Positions 40,962 through 51,440 of a stretch of 64,000 bases of DNA are shown here, in pieces. Position numbers and translations under genes: made by a program. Below the pieces are notes generated by a model. It saw only the letters and a list, made by a program, of their open reading frames with translations, did no database searches and was not told the origin of the DNA. Location: NCBI GenBank assembly GCA_025544715.1, contig GCA_025544715.1_4109.2, one strand, 5' to 3'. Source of the DNA: Escherichia coli. GTDB taxonomy: Bacteria; Pseudomonadota; Gammaproteobacteria; Enterobacterales; Enterobacteriaceae. Position 1 is the stretch's first letter. Every line of letters begins with the position of its first letter.

Positions 40962-41543
40962 TTACACTCCTACACCAAAACGTAAAATAATATTATTAAC
41001 AAACACTAAATCAAAAGGTGACTTTGGTTCAGATACTGAGTACTGAAATGATTCTGCTGCGAAATTTTCTCTATTATACCATGTTTCAGAATTTATTAGC
41101 ATTTTTTTATCACCAATCGTCACTGAATGTAATGGAACATTTGAAGAAGAATTTATTGAATATGCATTAAGATTTCCGTTTTCATCTAATGTTATACTAA
41201 GATAATATTTTTTCTCAATATCAGGAATAAGTGCTTTTGTATACGAATAGATTGAATCAACCCATTCATCATGTACATTTTCTGCACCAACCAGGTGTCC
41301 GAATGACAAATTACGTTTAACTGGCTTTGTTCCAGGACGAGTTAGAATGAATTGTTTTGTTAAGTAAAAATTATTATGTTTTACTTCAATATTAACATTT
41401 TTAAAATTCACCACTTTATCATATACATTTCGAAAAACTGTTATATCCCAAGTACTAATTTCATCCATAATACTTATCACCAGTTCTTCTAGTTCTTGTA
41501 TAAATGGCAAATCATCTTGATGAAATCTAGTCATGGTTTTCAT
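40962..41543 (-). CDS. hypothetical protein (193 aa)
   Basis: ORF track; weak motif-like AAESFQYSVSE. Confidence 0.45.
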   Translation of the reverse strand: MKTMTRFHQDDLPFIQELEELVISIMDEISTWDITVFRNVYDKVVNFKNVNIEVKHNNFYLTKQFILTRPGTKPVKRNLSFGHLVGAENVHDEWVDSIYSYTKALIPDIEKKYYLSITLDENGNLNAYSINSSSNVPLHSVTIGDKKMLINSETWYNRENFAAESFQYSVSEPKSPFDLVFVNNIILRFGVGV

Positions 41544-42114
41544 ATACCTTTTTAAAATTCATAATTTCAAGAATACTGTATTCTTTATCACCAATCAAAT
41601 CTTCAGTGAATGCTGTGGGGTCGGAATCGCTATACAACTTACCATTGATGATAACACAACCATTACTAAGATACAATGCACTCATGATCTGTTGTCCTTC
41701 TTTCACATTTTGTGATGGACTTGGATTTGTAGTAACAAATCCATTAGATACTACAAATCCATTTCCTGCTAATGATGATGTTAGTTCTGACCATTCTACT
41801 GATATTAAGTCACGATAGTCCTTAGATACTTTTATATTCACAATACAAGCAACTCGTTTAATAGGTGGAGTGCTAATCGTGTACATTTGTGGTGTTTGAA
41901 CAGCAGTTCCTGAATTTTGAGTCGATTTGGTAATTACTGGTTCTACACTGGGAACTGTTGTTCTTAGTGATATAATACGTCCAGTTTCATCCAATTTAAG
42001 GACTAAACGATGAGTTTCATCCTCAGAGTAATAGGGAAACAATCCACCTGAATTCATATTTTGAAGCATTTTAATTAATTCATAAGTATTTTTTAAAAAC
42101 ATAGTACACCCCAT
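41527..42114 (-). CDS. hypothetical protein (195 aa)
   Basis: ORF track. Confidence 0.45.
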   Translation of the reverse strand: MGCTMFLKNTYELIKMLQNMNSGGLFPYYSEDETHRLVLKLDETGRIISLRTTVPSVEPVITKSTQNSGTAVQTPQMYTISTPPIKRVACIVNIKVSKDYRDLISVEWSELTSSLAGNGFVVSNGFVTTNPSPSQNVKEGQQIMSALYLSNGCVIINGKLYSDSDPTAFTEDLIGDKEYSILEIMNFKKVYENHD

Positions 42115-42149
42115 AGAAAAGGGGAGTACAAAGTACTCCCAACATTTAA

Positions 42150-42704
42150 TTATAGTTTAATTGATTCTTGAATACCAGTATCCATTGCTTTCTTGGTACG
42201 TGTATCAGATACTACTGTACAAAGGTGTTCAATATTTTCACTTGGAAACGTATTCGAATCAAGAATTTTGGAATTCCAGAAGCCTTTGCGGAACTTAGCA
42301 TAATCAGTACACTGGTCAATTTTCATTTTCTGAAGATTGTTGAACTTTGTACGTCCTGTTTCAATTGTCACCATCAATTCCTGATAAATTTTAGGATCAA
42401 GATTTGGAACCTGTTGTTGAATCTGTGACATTACAAACTTCTGGTCAACACCTTCACGCCCTTTAAAGTATGATTCAATCGTTTCTTTCAACGCATCTTT
42501 ATACTTATCGGCTACTTGAACCTTATCTTGAATAGTAAGAGTATAATTGCTAAGTTGACTTTCTGATGCATCATAATACTTTTTAATGTTTCCTTCAAAC
42601 TCAACTGCACGATCATGTGCACCAACATACATACTAATAGAACCAAACACCATTAGTACGATAACTACCAAAATACCAATTAACGCAAGGAGTTTACCAT
42701 TCAT
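42150..42704 (-). CDS. membrane-anchored protein, possibly LemA-like (184 aa)
   Basis: single N-terminal TM helix then helical region; architecture recalls LemA. Confidence 0.3.
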   Translation of the reverse strand: MNGKLLALIGILVVIVLMVFGSISMYVGAHDRAVEFEGNIKKYYDASESQLSNYTLTIQDKVQVADKYKDALKETIESYFKGREGVDQKFVMSQIQQQVPNLDPKIYQELMVTIETGRTKFNNLQKMKIDQCTDYAKFRKGFWNSKILDSNTFPSENIEHLCTVVSDTRTKKAMDTGIQESIKL

Positions 42705-43795
42705 AAATCGTTATCCCTCATATAAAGGCCAATAAAAATAGACAGAATCAACAACACAATGGAAGCACCGATAAGAACATCTTTTCTAGGTTCCATTTTA
42801 ACTGACAAGTACTCAAACTCTTTATTAGAGAGTCTCTCAAAATGTTTGTCAATATTATGTACTTCTTTAACTAGTAAGTCAAGAGTTAATTTTTCATTTA
42901 ATGCATCAATACGCATCTTTGCATGTAACTCTTCATTCTTCATTCCTTGTGCAAATGATGTACTGTAAAATTTGACAACGTTACCATCATTGTCAATACC
43001 AAAGAACATAATAACATCATTCTTCTTACCACCACGCCACGATGCAAGGGTAGCATCAACAAAATCAACATCTTTGTAATCATAAACTAGTACTTGGATG
43101 TTTACCTGCTTACGTGCACCCATCGTTTTTAGCTCATTACGAAGGTATTCATCGTAACCATCAACGTTGTAATTTGTAGTGTTAATTACGTGATGTGTTT
43201 TGTAATAATCAACTACACTTGGGTATTCTGGAATAGTACTAAGATACTTTTCATCATACATGTTGTGTAGTTCTTCAGGACTAAACAATGAGTTCTTATC
43301 AGCAAATAGATAGTTGATATATGAACTCTCTGCTGCGGCATAGTCACCAATAATAACTTGCTGCCAACGTGGTGGTGTCATTGTACCTTGACGGTTCACA
43401 CGTTCAATCTCAAACTCACCTACTGTACTTTTCACATACCAATCAACTTCATATGAGTAATCAAAAACCTTATATGATTCACACTCACGATGTGATTTAC
43501 CTTTACTATCATATCGCGTATGGCACTTCTCATGCCATGTATAGTGCTTACATGAACTAGATTGTGTGCAATATTCTTTGTGGCTGTATTTTGAAGTTAC
43601 TTGACCATTCAGAATCTCAACATCATAAAGCTGGCTATAGTTGATTGCGTATGAAATACCAAGAACAAGAGCCGCACCAACTAGACAACAACCAATATGA
43701 ATCAATAGTTCTTTAGTACTGATATGCTTATCGTACATGTATTTCATAACGAATACAACGATAAGAGCAGGTATTAACAGAATAATGAAATTCAT
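42701..43795 (-). CDS. hypothetical membrane protein with Cys-rich central domain (364 aa)
   Basis: TM segments at both ends; central CTQSSSCKHYTWHEKCH. Confidence 0.5.
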   Translation of the reverse strand: MNFIILLIPALIVVFVMKYMYDKHISTKELLIHIGCCLVGAALVLGISYAINYSQLYDVEILNGQVTSKYSHKEYCTQSSSCKHYTWHEKCHTRYDSKGKSHRECESYKVFDYSYEVDWYVKSTVGEFEIERVNRQGTMTPPRWQQVIIGDYAAAESSYINYLFADKNSLFSPEELHNMYDEKYLSTIPEYPSVVDYYKTHHVINTTNYNVDGYDEYLRNELKTMGARKQVNIQVLVYDYKDVDFVDATLASWRGGKKNDVIMFFGIDNDGNVVKFYSTSFAQGMKNEELHAKMRIDALNEKLTLDLLVKEVHNIDKHFERLSNKEFEYLSVKMEPRKDVLIGASIVLLILSIFIGLYMRDNDL

Positions 43796-43798
43796 GTA

Positions 43799-44560
43799 TT
43801 AATCCATTTTAAGCTTGTTTAGACAGAATGAAATCTGGATTGCTTCACGTGCTGCATCAAACAGTGGGTGATGTAACTCCAACCCATTAATCCCACACGT
43901 ATTTGCATATGTGATAAATTTATCCAACTGTACCGAAACGATTTCATCCATTTCAATACGAGCTTCTTCATTCAATAAACGTTTCAATGTGCGTGCATTT
44001 TCAGGTGCATCATACTTCCACAACTCACCAGCGTTCATTAGTTTTAAATGGTTTGCTTGTAAAATACTACAATCGAAGTTACATCCGTTGCCCCAGACTG
44101 AATGAGGAACTTCTTCACCATAATCATTGTAACGTAATTCTTTCCAGAAATCAACAATACTACTGTATGCAAAAAATCGTCGTGATTGACCATTCGGTCC
44201 ATACAGTTCAGGTGCTTTGAGTTTCATAGTACTGGAAACTTCACTATATGCATTAGGATATTCTTTCTGGCAGGTATTCATCCAAAAATCCATTGCACCT
44301 GCGTCTGATTTTAAACCAGCAGCAACTTGATCCTGGTATGGTAATTTAATATATAAGAACTGACGAATGTCATTTTCAGGTTTACTTGGAACTACTACTG
44401 CTGCGTAATTTGGGATAATAATATCATAACCTGAAAGTTCAGGTGTTCCAAGAGCTTCAATATCAACACTAATATGACGACGTTTCATAAGTTCGTTCCT
44501 TATCTGTACATTAAAAAGAGTGCGTTTCAATAATATTATTATATTAAAAAACGCACTCAT
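43799..44560 (-). CDS. 3-prime-to-5-prime exonuclease, DEDDh family (DexA-like) (253 aa)
   Basis: ISVDIEALGT (DxE motif) and LHHPLFDAAREA (H-x4-D motif). Confidence 0.5.
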   Translation of the reverse strand: MSAFFNIIILLKRTLFNVQIRNELMKRRHISVDIEALGTPELSGYDIIIPNYAAVVVPSKPENDIRQFLYIKLPYQDQVAAGLKSDAGAMDFWMNTCQKEYPNAYSEVSSTMKLKAPELYGPNGQSRRFFAYSSIVDFWKELRYNDYGEEVPHSVWGNGCNFDCSILQANHLKLMNAGELWKYDAPENARTLKRLLNEEARIEMDEIVSVQLDKFITYANTCGINGLELHHPLFDAAREAIQISFCLNKLKMD

Positions 44561-44570
44561 ATGTCAACTA

Positions 44571-45707
44571 TTACTTGTTAGCTTTTTCGGCAATTTCACG
44601 AAGAGTGTCTTCCAGTTCATAGGAAAGTTGTGCAATTTCCTGTTTAGCACGTTCACGTTCCAATTTACCTTTTTTCTCTTCCTCAATAACTGCTTCAATA
44701 CTGTCAATCATCGTTTTATGTACATTACGCAAGGTTTTAATATCCACAATACCACGGTTGTTTGCCTTTGCTGCATCCAACATATTTGCTGCAACCATTT
44801 TAGAGTTAGTTTCCAAAAGACGGTTTGTCTCGTTGTCAATAAGATTACCCAGTTCATTATCCTTACGTTGACGCTCGGAAATCAACTGTTCAGCCAATTG
44901 AGACTTCCATGCTGGAATAACAACGGATTTTAAATCTTCAAACTTAGAAACAGTGTTCAAGTTTACTTTTTTCATACTCATCAAGCGTGGACCACTTAGT
45001 TCGCACATCATGATAAGACGACGAATCTTATCTTCTTGTTTAGAAAGTGCTTCACAAATCATCTTTTGCTCTTGAATAGCAAAAGAGTCTACATTTTTGT
45101 CTGCTTGCATTTCTACTAGTAATGCATCTTGTGTTTTAGTTACTTCTTCTAAACCAACTAATGTATCACGTAATTCAAACAAATATTCTTTGTTTTCATT
45201 ATATGCTTTATCAAGCCATTCACATTCTCCGTGCTGGCGATTAATACCAGTTTGAAGAGTTTTCATAATTTCATCAATTTGCTCTTTACTGTTTTTGTAC
45301 TGATCACCGACTTTCTGTTGAGCATTAACAAAGAATTTCTTAATACGACCAACAATTGATTTATCTTCTTGAAGACTGTCAATATCAACTGCACGAGTCA
45401 ACGTAAGAATTGTGGTGATTGATTTACCAAACTCGGTATTGTCATCTGTTACATTAACTTTAGACATAATTTCATCAGCCAGACGCCCAACAGCAGCACC
45501 AGCAGTTGTACCAACAGTATTGATGTTTTGAACTGTTAGAGACATAGTATTTCCCTTAACATCTTTCAGTACTGGTAGTGATTTTGTAGTTTGGTTAAAA
45601 ATATCACTTGCATCAATTGTATGACCTTTAGTCGCAGTTTTAGTAGTACGTTTTGCTGATTTAGCTGCGGTGGATGCTTTTTTAGGATTGATTTCTTTCT
45701 CGGACAT
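44571..45707 (-). CDS. coiled-coil protein, possibly TelA-like (378 aa)
   Basis: size and charged helical composition recall TelA family; unverified. Confidence 0.45.
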   Translation of the reverse strand: MSEKEINPKKASTAAKSAKRTTKTATKGHTIDASDIFNQTTKSLPVLKDVKGNTMSLTVQNINTVGTTAGAAVGRLADEIMSKVNVTDDNTEFGKSITTILTLTRAVDIDSLQEDKSIVGRIKKFFVNAQQKVGDQYKNSKEQIDEIMKTLQTGINRQHGECEWLDKAYNENKEYLFELRDTLVGLEEVTKTQDALLVEMQADKNVDSFAIQEQKMICEALSKQEDKIRRLIMMCELSGPRLMSMKKVNLNTVSKFEDLKSVVIPAWKSQLAEQLISERQRKDNELGNLIDNETNRLLETNSKMVAANMLDAAKANNRGIVDIKTLRNVHKTMIDSIEAVIEEEKKGKLERERAKQEIAQLSYELEDTLREIAEKANK

Positions 45708-45755
45708 TTAGTATTCCTCGTTTAATTTAATATGATGTGCTGCTCTGTGATAAAC

Positions 45756-45784
45756 ATTATACGGGCAGCACGTATGATAGTCAA
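45756..45784 (-). promoter_or_regulatory. sigma70-consensus promoter (TTGACT-17-TATAAT)
   Basis: minus-strand reading upstream of 44571-45707. Confidence 0.55.
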
Positions 45785-45795
45785 GTATTTTTTTT

Positions 45796-46923
45796 TTACT
45801 CTTTGTTACCATATGCCAGATTACGAATAATCTCTACAGTACTCTCATCTACGGCTTTACCTGTCTGTGATTGTAAACGATTGATAATCAAAGGAATAGT
45901 AATAGTTTGAATATCTACCATACGATTCATATCAACTTGATATTGCTTACTTGTTGCAATAATGCTCGTTTCAGTCATGGATGTGGTGATTCCCATTTTC
46001 ATAATACGTTCTAATGTTAATTCATATTCAAACGCATCATCCACACAACGTAGTGCGTATTCACATCCCAACTTCCCATATTCAAGTTCATTTTTGATTT
46101 CATGAACTTCGTTTCTAAGTTCTGAAAACATCGTACTAAGACCACTAAACTTATTAGTATCATACTTAACTGCTTCATTTAGTGCTTTCATCACTTTTGG
46201 CAAATCTGATGGTTGCACTTTGATATCGGTTTTACCAAACAATTTCTGCGTAAAGGTCGGCTTCAATGGGAACAACGTTTCCAACGCAACAGTAAGGTTA
46301 TTCATAAGCATTCTAATATAATCACTATGCTGTTGTAATGCTGAGTTAAGATCCAATTGACGTTCTGAAATTTGTTGAATCTTAGTTCCAATTTCTTGTG
46401 CACAAACTGGTAAGTTTACAAACCAGTCTAGTACTTTTACTGAATTCTTTTCAATAGTACTAGGGAATTCAACCCATCTTTCAATGTCATCAATTCTGCT
46501 ATCGTCTGGGTTGATAGGTTTTTTCTTAAGAACAATAGGTGCAGGTACATCTGGTGATGTTTGTACCAAGTCTAAACGTGGTTTAGCACGACCTTCTTTC
46601 CATTCACGATATTCACGCTCTAATGGCGGTACTGGCATGTTAGGATCAATTCTAATATTACTAAAATGAATTTTATCCTTCATTAAATCAAGAACTTTCA
46701 GACGTTTATTATCAAAATAGATTTCATCCAATGACAGAGTTTTTACATCAAATAACGGATTACCCAATGAGTCATAGGTGCGGCGAACAATTACATTATA
46801 AATGTATTTTTTGTTTGATGAACGGTCATATTGTTTCAATAAAGAGTTCAGTACATAATTATAGTTAAATTCTTGAATCTCAACTTCTTTGCCATTTTCA
46901 ATGAAAAAATATTTACCTTTCAT
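45796..46923 (-). CDS. hypothetical protein (375 aa)
   Basis: ORF track. Confidence 0.55.
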   Translation of the reverse strand: MKGKYFFIENGKEVEIQEFNYNYVLNSLLKQYDRSSNKKYIYNVIVRRTYDSLGNPLFDVKTLSLDEIYFDNKRLKVLDLMKDKIHFSNIRIDPNMPVPPLEREYREWKEGRAKPRLDLVQTSPDVPAPIVLKKKPINPDDSRIDDIERWVEFPSTIEKNSVKVLDWFVNLPVCAQEIGTKIQQISERQLDLNSALQQHSDYIRMLMNNLTVALETLFPLKPTFTQKLFGKTDIKVQPSDLPKVMKALNEAVKYDTNKFSGLSTMFSELRNEVHEIKNELEYGKLGCEYALRCVDDAFEYELTLERIMKMGITTSMTETSIIATSKQYQVDMNRMVDIQTITIPLIINRLQSQTGKAVDESTVEIIRNLAYGNKE

Positions 46924-47019
46924 TATAAAACCTCATAATCAATTAAAATTTACGCGATGGTGATATTGTACATACTTCGACTACACATGTCAACACCTGA
47001 AAAGAAAAAAGGACGCACC

Positions 47020-47838
47020 TTAGTGCATCCTTTTGTTACTTTTATCCTTGTACCATACAAATGTCTTGACAGGTGGATATTTTTCATTCTTTGGTGGTTC
47101 AGGCATGTCGTATACAGTTGCATTTCTAAACTTAAGAATGTATGTGTCCATCAAACGGATTATACAATAGTTTAAACATTTTTGTGCTCTTTCTTTCCAA
47201 AAATGTTTATATGGTTCTGGACAACCAAGATAATCAAGTTTATACATACTCATTGCAACTTGCATAAATCTTTGGGCCGAGAATTTACGCTTGTCGATTT
47301 TACTTGCCCTATGTTGATCACAGGTCCAGCTTGATACTCCAGGTAAATGACAAAACAAATCAAAACTAACCATACTATCAAAGTATTTGTTATGACCATG
47401 TAACTCACCATAAAATACTGCTTCAGATACTGTATCATATAATGAGAAATTTGAATGTATATGCTCATTATCAAAAATACTTTTTAAATCTTTATAAGTT
47501 TCTGGAACTGGTGGTTCAGGTAATACTTCACCAAATACTTCAACACACCATATCTTCCATAAACCTTTTGTAAATTTATTTTCTAAATCTCTATCACTAT
47601 CTATATAAAAAGTTTTTTCATTTATGAAAACTTTTCTTGCCATGTATGCTTTAAAAATTGCATCTGGATCAATGTCTTCACGATTTACATCATCCCAGCC
47701 TTTACCAATTCTTGAAATTTCAAATCTACGCATATACATGCGACATGCTAAATCTTTAGTAAGGCTGCGACGATACTTTTCATCCTGATGTAATTTGGTT
47801 GTTTCATGAAGAGATTTAAGCATATTTAAAATTCTCAT
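47020..47838 (-). CDS. hypothetical protein (272 aa)
   Basis: ORF track. Confidence 0.5.
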   Translation of the reverse strand: MRILNMLKSLHETTKLHQDEKYRRSLTKDLACRMYMRRFEISRIGKGWDDVNREDIDPDAIFKAYMARKVFINEKTFYIDSDRDLENKFTKGLWKIWCVEVFGEVLPEPPVPETYKDLKSIFDNEHIHSNFSLYDTVSEAVFYGELHGHNKYFDSMVSFDLFCHLPGVSSWTCDQHRASKIDKRKFSAQRFMQVAMSMYKLDYLGCPEPYKHFWKERAQKCLNYCIIRLMDTYILKFRNATVYDMPEPPKNEKYPPVKTFVWYKDKSNKRMH

Positions 47839-48515
47839 CGCAACACCAAATACTTCCCGTTTCTTCCAATTACATATTGATCACCACTTCGTAGTACTGT
47901 ATAGCTTTCCCCTAGTATGGAACTAAGACGCGAAGTGTCTAATTGTGTATCATTCTTTAATAACTTTTTCACATATGTTTCTGAAACAAAACCGCTTCCA
48001 GTACTGTAGTGTAATTTACCATATGCTGTTTTTAATGTCAACATGTTTCCTTCTTTGATTACTGAAACACCAGCATAATCAAGGAACTCACTAATTGAAC
48101 TAGGAATGCCCAAATCAATTCTCTGCTGTATTTCTTCAAAATCAACATCGATTGGGTCATTAACACCATATAGTTGTATTTTCCAACCTGGGTCTGGACA
48201 AATATTTTCAATAGTTTTAATTAAACGTAAAAGTTTTTCAGGGAATTCGGCATTTCGTTCCATTTCCACATAAACTTGATATCGACCATCTAAATTTGGT
48301 GTTTCTGCTGCTTCTGTATCAACTACATCAATAGGTGATTTTTCAATAAAAGAAGATAAATCATATGCTGCATCAAAATTGTTAAGAACCTGAAACATAA
48401 TAACAATATTACTATCTTCAATTTTAGGAGTATATTCATCAACACTAATTATAGGATGAATCAAATCTTTGAGAACTTGCGGACGTAAGCCTTGTTCATT
48501 TAATTTCTTTTTCAT
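47835..48515 (-). CDS. hypothetical protein (226 aa)
   Basis: ORF track; size and position compatible with a divergent sliding clamp, sequence not recognisable. Confidence 0.5.
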   Translation of the reverse strand: MKKKLNEQGLRPQVLKDLIHPIISVDEYTPKIEDSNIVIMFQVLNNFDAAYDLSSFIEKSPIDVVDTEAAETPNLDGRYQVYVEMERNAEFPEKLLRLIKTIENICPDPGWKIQLYGVNDPIDVDFEEIQQRIDLGIPSSISEFLDYAGVSVIKEGNMLTLKTAYGKLHYSTGSGFVSETYVKKLLKNDTQLDTSRLSSILGESYTVLRSGDQYVIGRNGKYLVLR

Positions 48516-49078
48516 TACATTCCACCTTCTTGTGTCTCATCCGTTACTTCCACATCCAAATCTACATCATCACCAGTTACAGGTTCTTCAAAATTTTCTG
48601 GTGAATTCATTGGATTACTATTGAATTCTGCTGCCATTAGTTTATATTCATCAAAACTTTCTGGATTAATTAAGTTTCGTGGAATCTGCACTCTAACCAA
48701 TAGTACTGGGATTCTTTCATTTTTTGGTATACGTACCGACCCTGATTGTGTAGCAACACTTTTCATATCAGCTTGTCGATTAGGATCTTTGATAGGAGTT
48801 ATTTCATAATCAGCTTTAACATACACTTTAGTACCATGCTTCTCCAAAATAGAGAATGCTGTAGGATCAGGGAAATTTTCACGATAGTATTTGAATGTTA
48901 CAGTACACCAATACTTACTTACAATTGGTCCCTCTACCAACTCACCCTCAATAATTCCTTTATACGCATACAAATCATTATCATCGAAATATTTTTCTAC
49001 AGCAAGAAGTATATCTAACATACCACTGTTATCATACAACTGCTGAATAGCATTATCTGTATAATCTAAATCGTCCAT
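48515..49078 (-). CDS. hypothetical acidic protein (187 aa)
   Basis: ORF track; position downstream of clamp loader. Confidence 0.5.
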   Translation of the reverse strand: MDDLDYTDNAIQQLYDNSGMLDILLAVEKYFDDNDLYAYKGIIEGELVEGPIVSKYWCTVTFKYYRENFPDPTAFSILEKHGTKVYVKADYEITPIKDPNRQADMKSVATQSGSVRIPKNERIPVLLVRVQIPRNLINPESFDEYKLMAAEFNSNPMNSPENFEEPVTGDDVDLDVEVTDETQEGGM

Positions 49079-49176
49079 ATTTTATATTATCCTTAAAAAC
49101 TAGCACATATAATACTATTTACTACTTTTAAAAAACAACAAAAGGGGTTTGAATCAAACCCCCCAATTTAAAAGTT

Positions 49177-49821
49177 TTATTTGTAATATTTACCTAGTAC
49201 TGAATAAATTTTCAATCTAAGATCTGTCCAATTCTCAATGTATTCAAAATTACCAGTGTTCTTATACATTGAATTATGAGAACATCCCATCATAACTGAC
49301 GGAATACCAAGTCCCATTGCAGTTTCAATATTATTGATATAATCATCAATCATAAGTTTTACATCATATCTAGACTGTAAATCCTCTAGTGCTTGTTTCT
49401 TTGATTCGTTCATTTCGATAATAATAATCTCATCAAAACAGTTTTCACCAAATTCACGCATTAGGTTTACATTACGTAAAACTTCTCCATAACCTTTTTT
49501 GCCACATTTTGTTAGTACTACAAATTTTTCTTTATGAAAACGATCACGTAGCTCTTGTACAATATCAACTGTATTAGGTTCGACTGGTTTTAACAACCCA
49601 AACAAATATGATTGTTGGTTGAATTGTTCAAGAATTTTTTTAACTTCTTGTTGGGGGACACCCAACCAATCGGATAAATCATATTCTAATGGGTATGGTG
49701 TTGATGGTGTGATATTATAAGTTTGTTTTACGAACTCAGAAAGCATACCCATATGGTCCAATAGAACTTCATCACAATCAAAAACTATACAACGTGGTTT
49801 CATTACATGTTCCCCGAACAA
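49177..49821 (-). CDS. HAD-superfamily hydrolase, possible nucleotidase (214 aa)
   Basis: motif I CIVFDCDEVL and C-terminal LMIDDY. Confidence 0.45.
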   Translation of the reverse strand: MFGEHVMKPRCIVFDCDEVLLDHMGMLSEFVKQTYNITPSTPYPLEYDLSDWLGVPQQEVKKILEQFNQQSYLFGLLKPVEPNTVDIVQELRDRFHKEKFVVLTKCGKKGYGEVLRNVNLMREFGENCFDEIIIIEMNESKKQALEDLQSRYDVKLMIDDYINNIETAMGLGIPSVMMGCSHNSMYKNTGNFEYIENWTDLRLKIYSVLGKYYK

Positions 49822-50792
49822 ATTAGGTCAATCTCGCACAGAAGTGCACTGAGATTCATTTCACGGTCAGATACAGTTGCTTGTTTTACAACAGCATCAC
49901 GAATCTTAACCTTGATTTTCATAAGAGTAATTTCATCAGTACTGAACATTTCAGCATTACGATACAGATAAGAAAAGAATGCATCCATCTCATCATCAGG
50001 GATATTTTGTACAATTTGTTCACGCATTTGGCGAATGTTTCCTGCCTTTAATGCTTCAACAATTGCAGTACGATACCCTGCTGAATTTTCAATACTATCT
50101 TCAAGTTTTACTAGCTTACCATCAACAACTGAACTTTGCAATACGTTTAGTGTTTTACGGAAATCAGGATAGGAAGCATTGATATACTTTTGAACTTGTT
50201 CAACACTATCATCACTACTCAAATCAACACCTTCTGCTAGAAGAATATTATAAATTCGAGTCATGAATTGTTCCATATCATGCTTTTCAATTGTAATAAC
50301 TTGAACACGAGAAATGATAGGTTTTTGAATTTTATGTGGTTCGTTACTTGTTAAAATAAAGCGAGCGTTTTCATGGTAGTCTTCCATTACACGTTTCAAA
50401 CTACCTTGTGCTTTATGGTTCATCTGCTCCATTTCTTCAAGAACAAAGATACGATACCTACCAAAACATGATAACTTTGCTGCGGCATCGATTTTATCAC
50501 GAACTGCATCAATACCCTCATCTGACATGTTAAGTGTAGTTACATCACTTGGGTCAAGGTGTCCATTCTGTACCAATCCATTAATGAGAACTTTGATCGC
50601 AGATGTTTTACCAGTTCCTGCTGGGCCAAAAAACCCAATATGTGGAATGTCACCAGTTTTAATCCATTCTTCCATTTTCTGGCGTAGTGCATCATTTTTT
50701 GATACATAATCTTCCATTGATTGTGGGCGATATTTTTCAGTCCATAGTGTGGTCATTTTTATTTCCTTATGTGTACGTGTTATAGAATCCAA
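49803..50792 (-). CDS. clamp loader ATPase subunit, T4 gp44-like (329 aa)
   Basis: LWTEKYRP, Walker A GPAGTGKTS, Walker B-like IFVLEEME, ISRVQVI. Confidence 0.8.
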   Translation of the reverse strand: MDSITRTHKEIKMTTLWTEKYRPQSMEDYVSKNDALRQKMEEWIKTGDIPHIGFFGPAGTGKTSAIKVLINGLVQNGHLDPSDVTTLNMSDEGIDAVRDKIDAAAKLSCFGRYRIFVLEEMEQMNHKAQGSLKRVMEDYHENARFILTSNEPHKIQKPIISRVQVITIEKHDMEQFMTRIYNILLAEGVDLSSDDSVEQVQKYINASYPDFRKTLNVLQSSVVDGKLVKLEDSIENSAGYRTAIVEALKAGNIRQMREQIVQNIPDDEMDAFFSYLYRNAEMFSTDEITLMKIKVKIRDAVVKQATVSDREMNLSALLCEIDLICSGNM

Positions 50793-51052
50793 TCGGCTGA
50801 ATTATATAATAAAGCCGTGAAAAGTTCTTCTGTCATTTCCAATTGATTTAATAAAAAATTAAAAGAATTTGCCTTATTTTTAATCCCAGTACTTTCAGCT
50901 TGGGCCGATGCAACTAATAAAACTTTAAACATATCATGTGAAACTTCATATACATATTTTGTATTTTTTCTATCTTCAAACATGAATCTTCCGTTTTTTG
51001 ATACTAATGTTACATCTTTGAAACTAAATTTTCCATCATCCGTTATCATCAA
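50780..51052 (-). CDS. hypothetical protein (90 aa)
   Basis: ORF track. Confidence 0.35.
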   Translation of the reverse strand: MMITDDGKFSFKDVTLVSKNGRFMFEDRKNTKYVYEVSHDMFKVLLVASAQAESTGIKNKANSFNFLLNQLEMTEELFTALLYNSADWIL

Positions 51053-51105
51053 AATGTGTCCAAATAAAAAGCCCAGATATTAATCCGAGCTTTAATTATA
51101 TTTTA

Positions 51106-51432
51106 TCAACGTCCAAAGGTTAGCATTTTAGTGCGTGGGTCTTCATCAGATACTAAACTAACAGCGGCAGGGTAATCAACTAGGTTTAGTTCAATACCAT
51201 CAACCTCAATCGTTCTTGACCAACGACCATGATCAATTAAAATCCATTGACCTTCTTTAATATCAGTAATGTCTTCGCCTACTGAATATACTTTAGCCCA
51301 GCGAGAACGAATACCTCTAATTTTACCGTCATCGTTTGTTAAAACGATTCCACCTGCTGTTTTGCGTTCACCATGTTCCAGTTCAGTGACTAGTACTTTA
51401 CCTTTACATGCAGTCATTACTTTATTAGACAT
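51106..51432 (-). CDS. co-chaperonin GroES-like (Cpn10; functional analogue of T4 gp31) (108 aa)
   Basis: GKVLVTELEHGERKTAGGIVLT matches GroES mobile-loop region. Confidence 0.6.
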   Translation of the reverse strand: MSNKVMTACKGKVLVTELEHGERKTAGGIVLTNDDGKIRGIRSRWAKVYSVGEDITDIKEGQWILIDHGRWSRTIEVDGIELNLVDYPAAVSLVSDEDPRTKMLTFGR

Positions 51433-51440
51433 TTAATACA

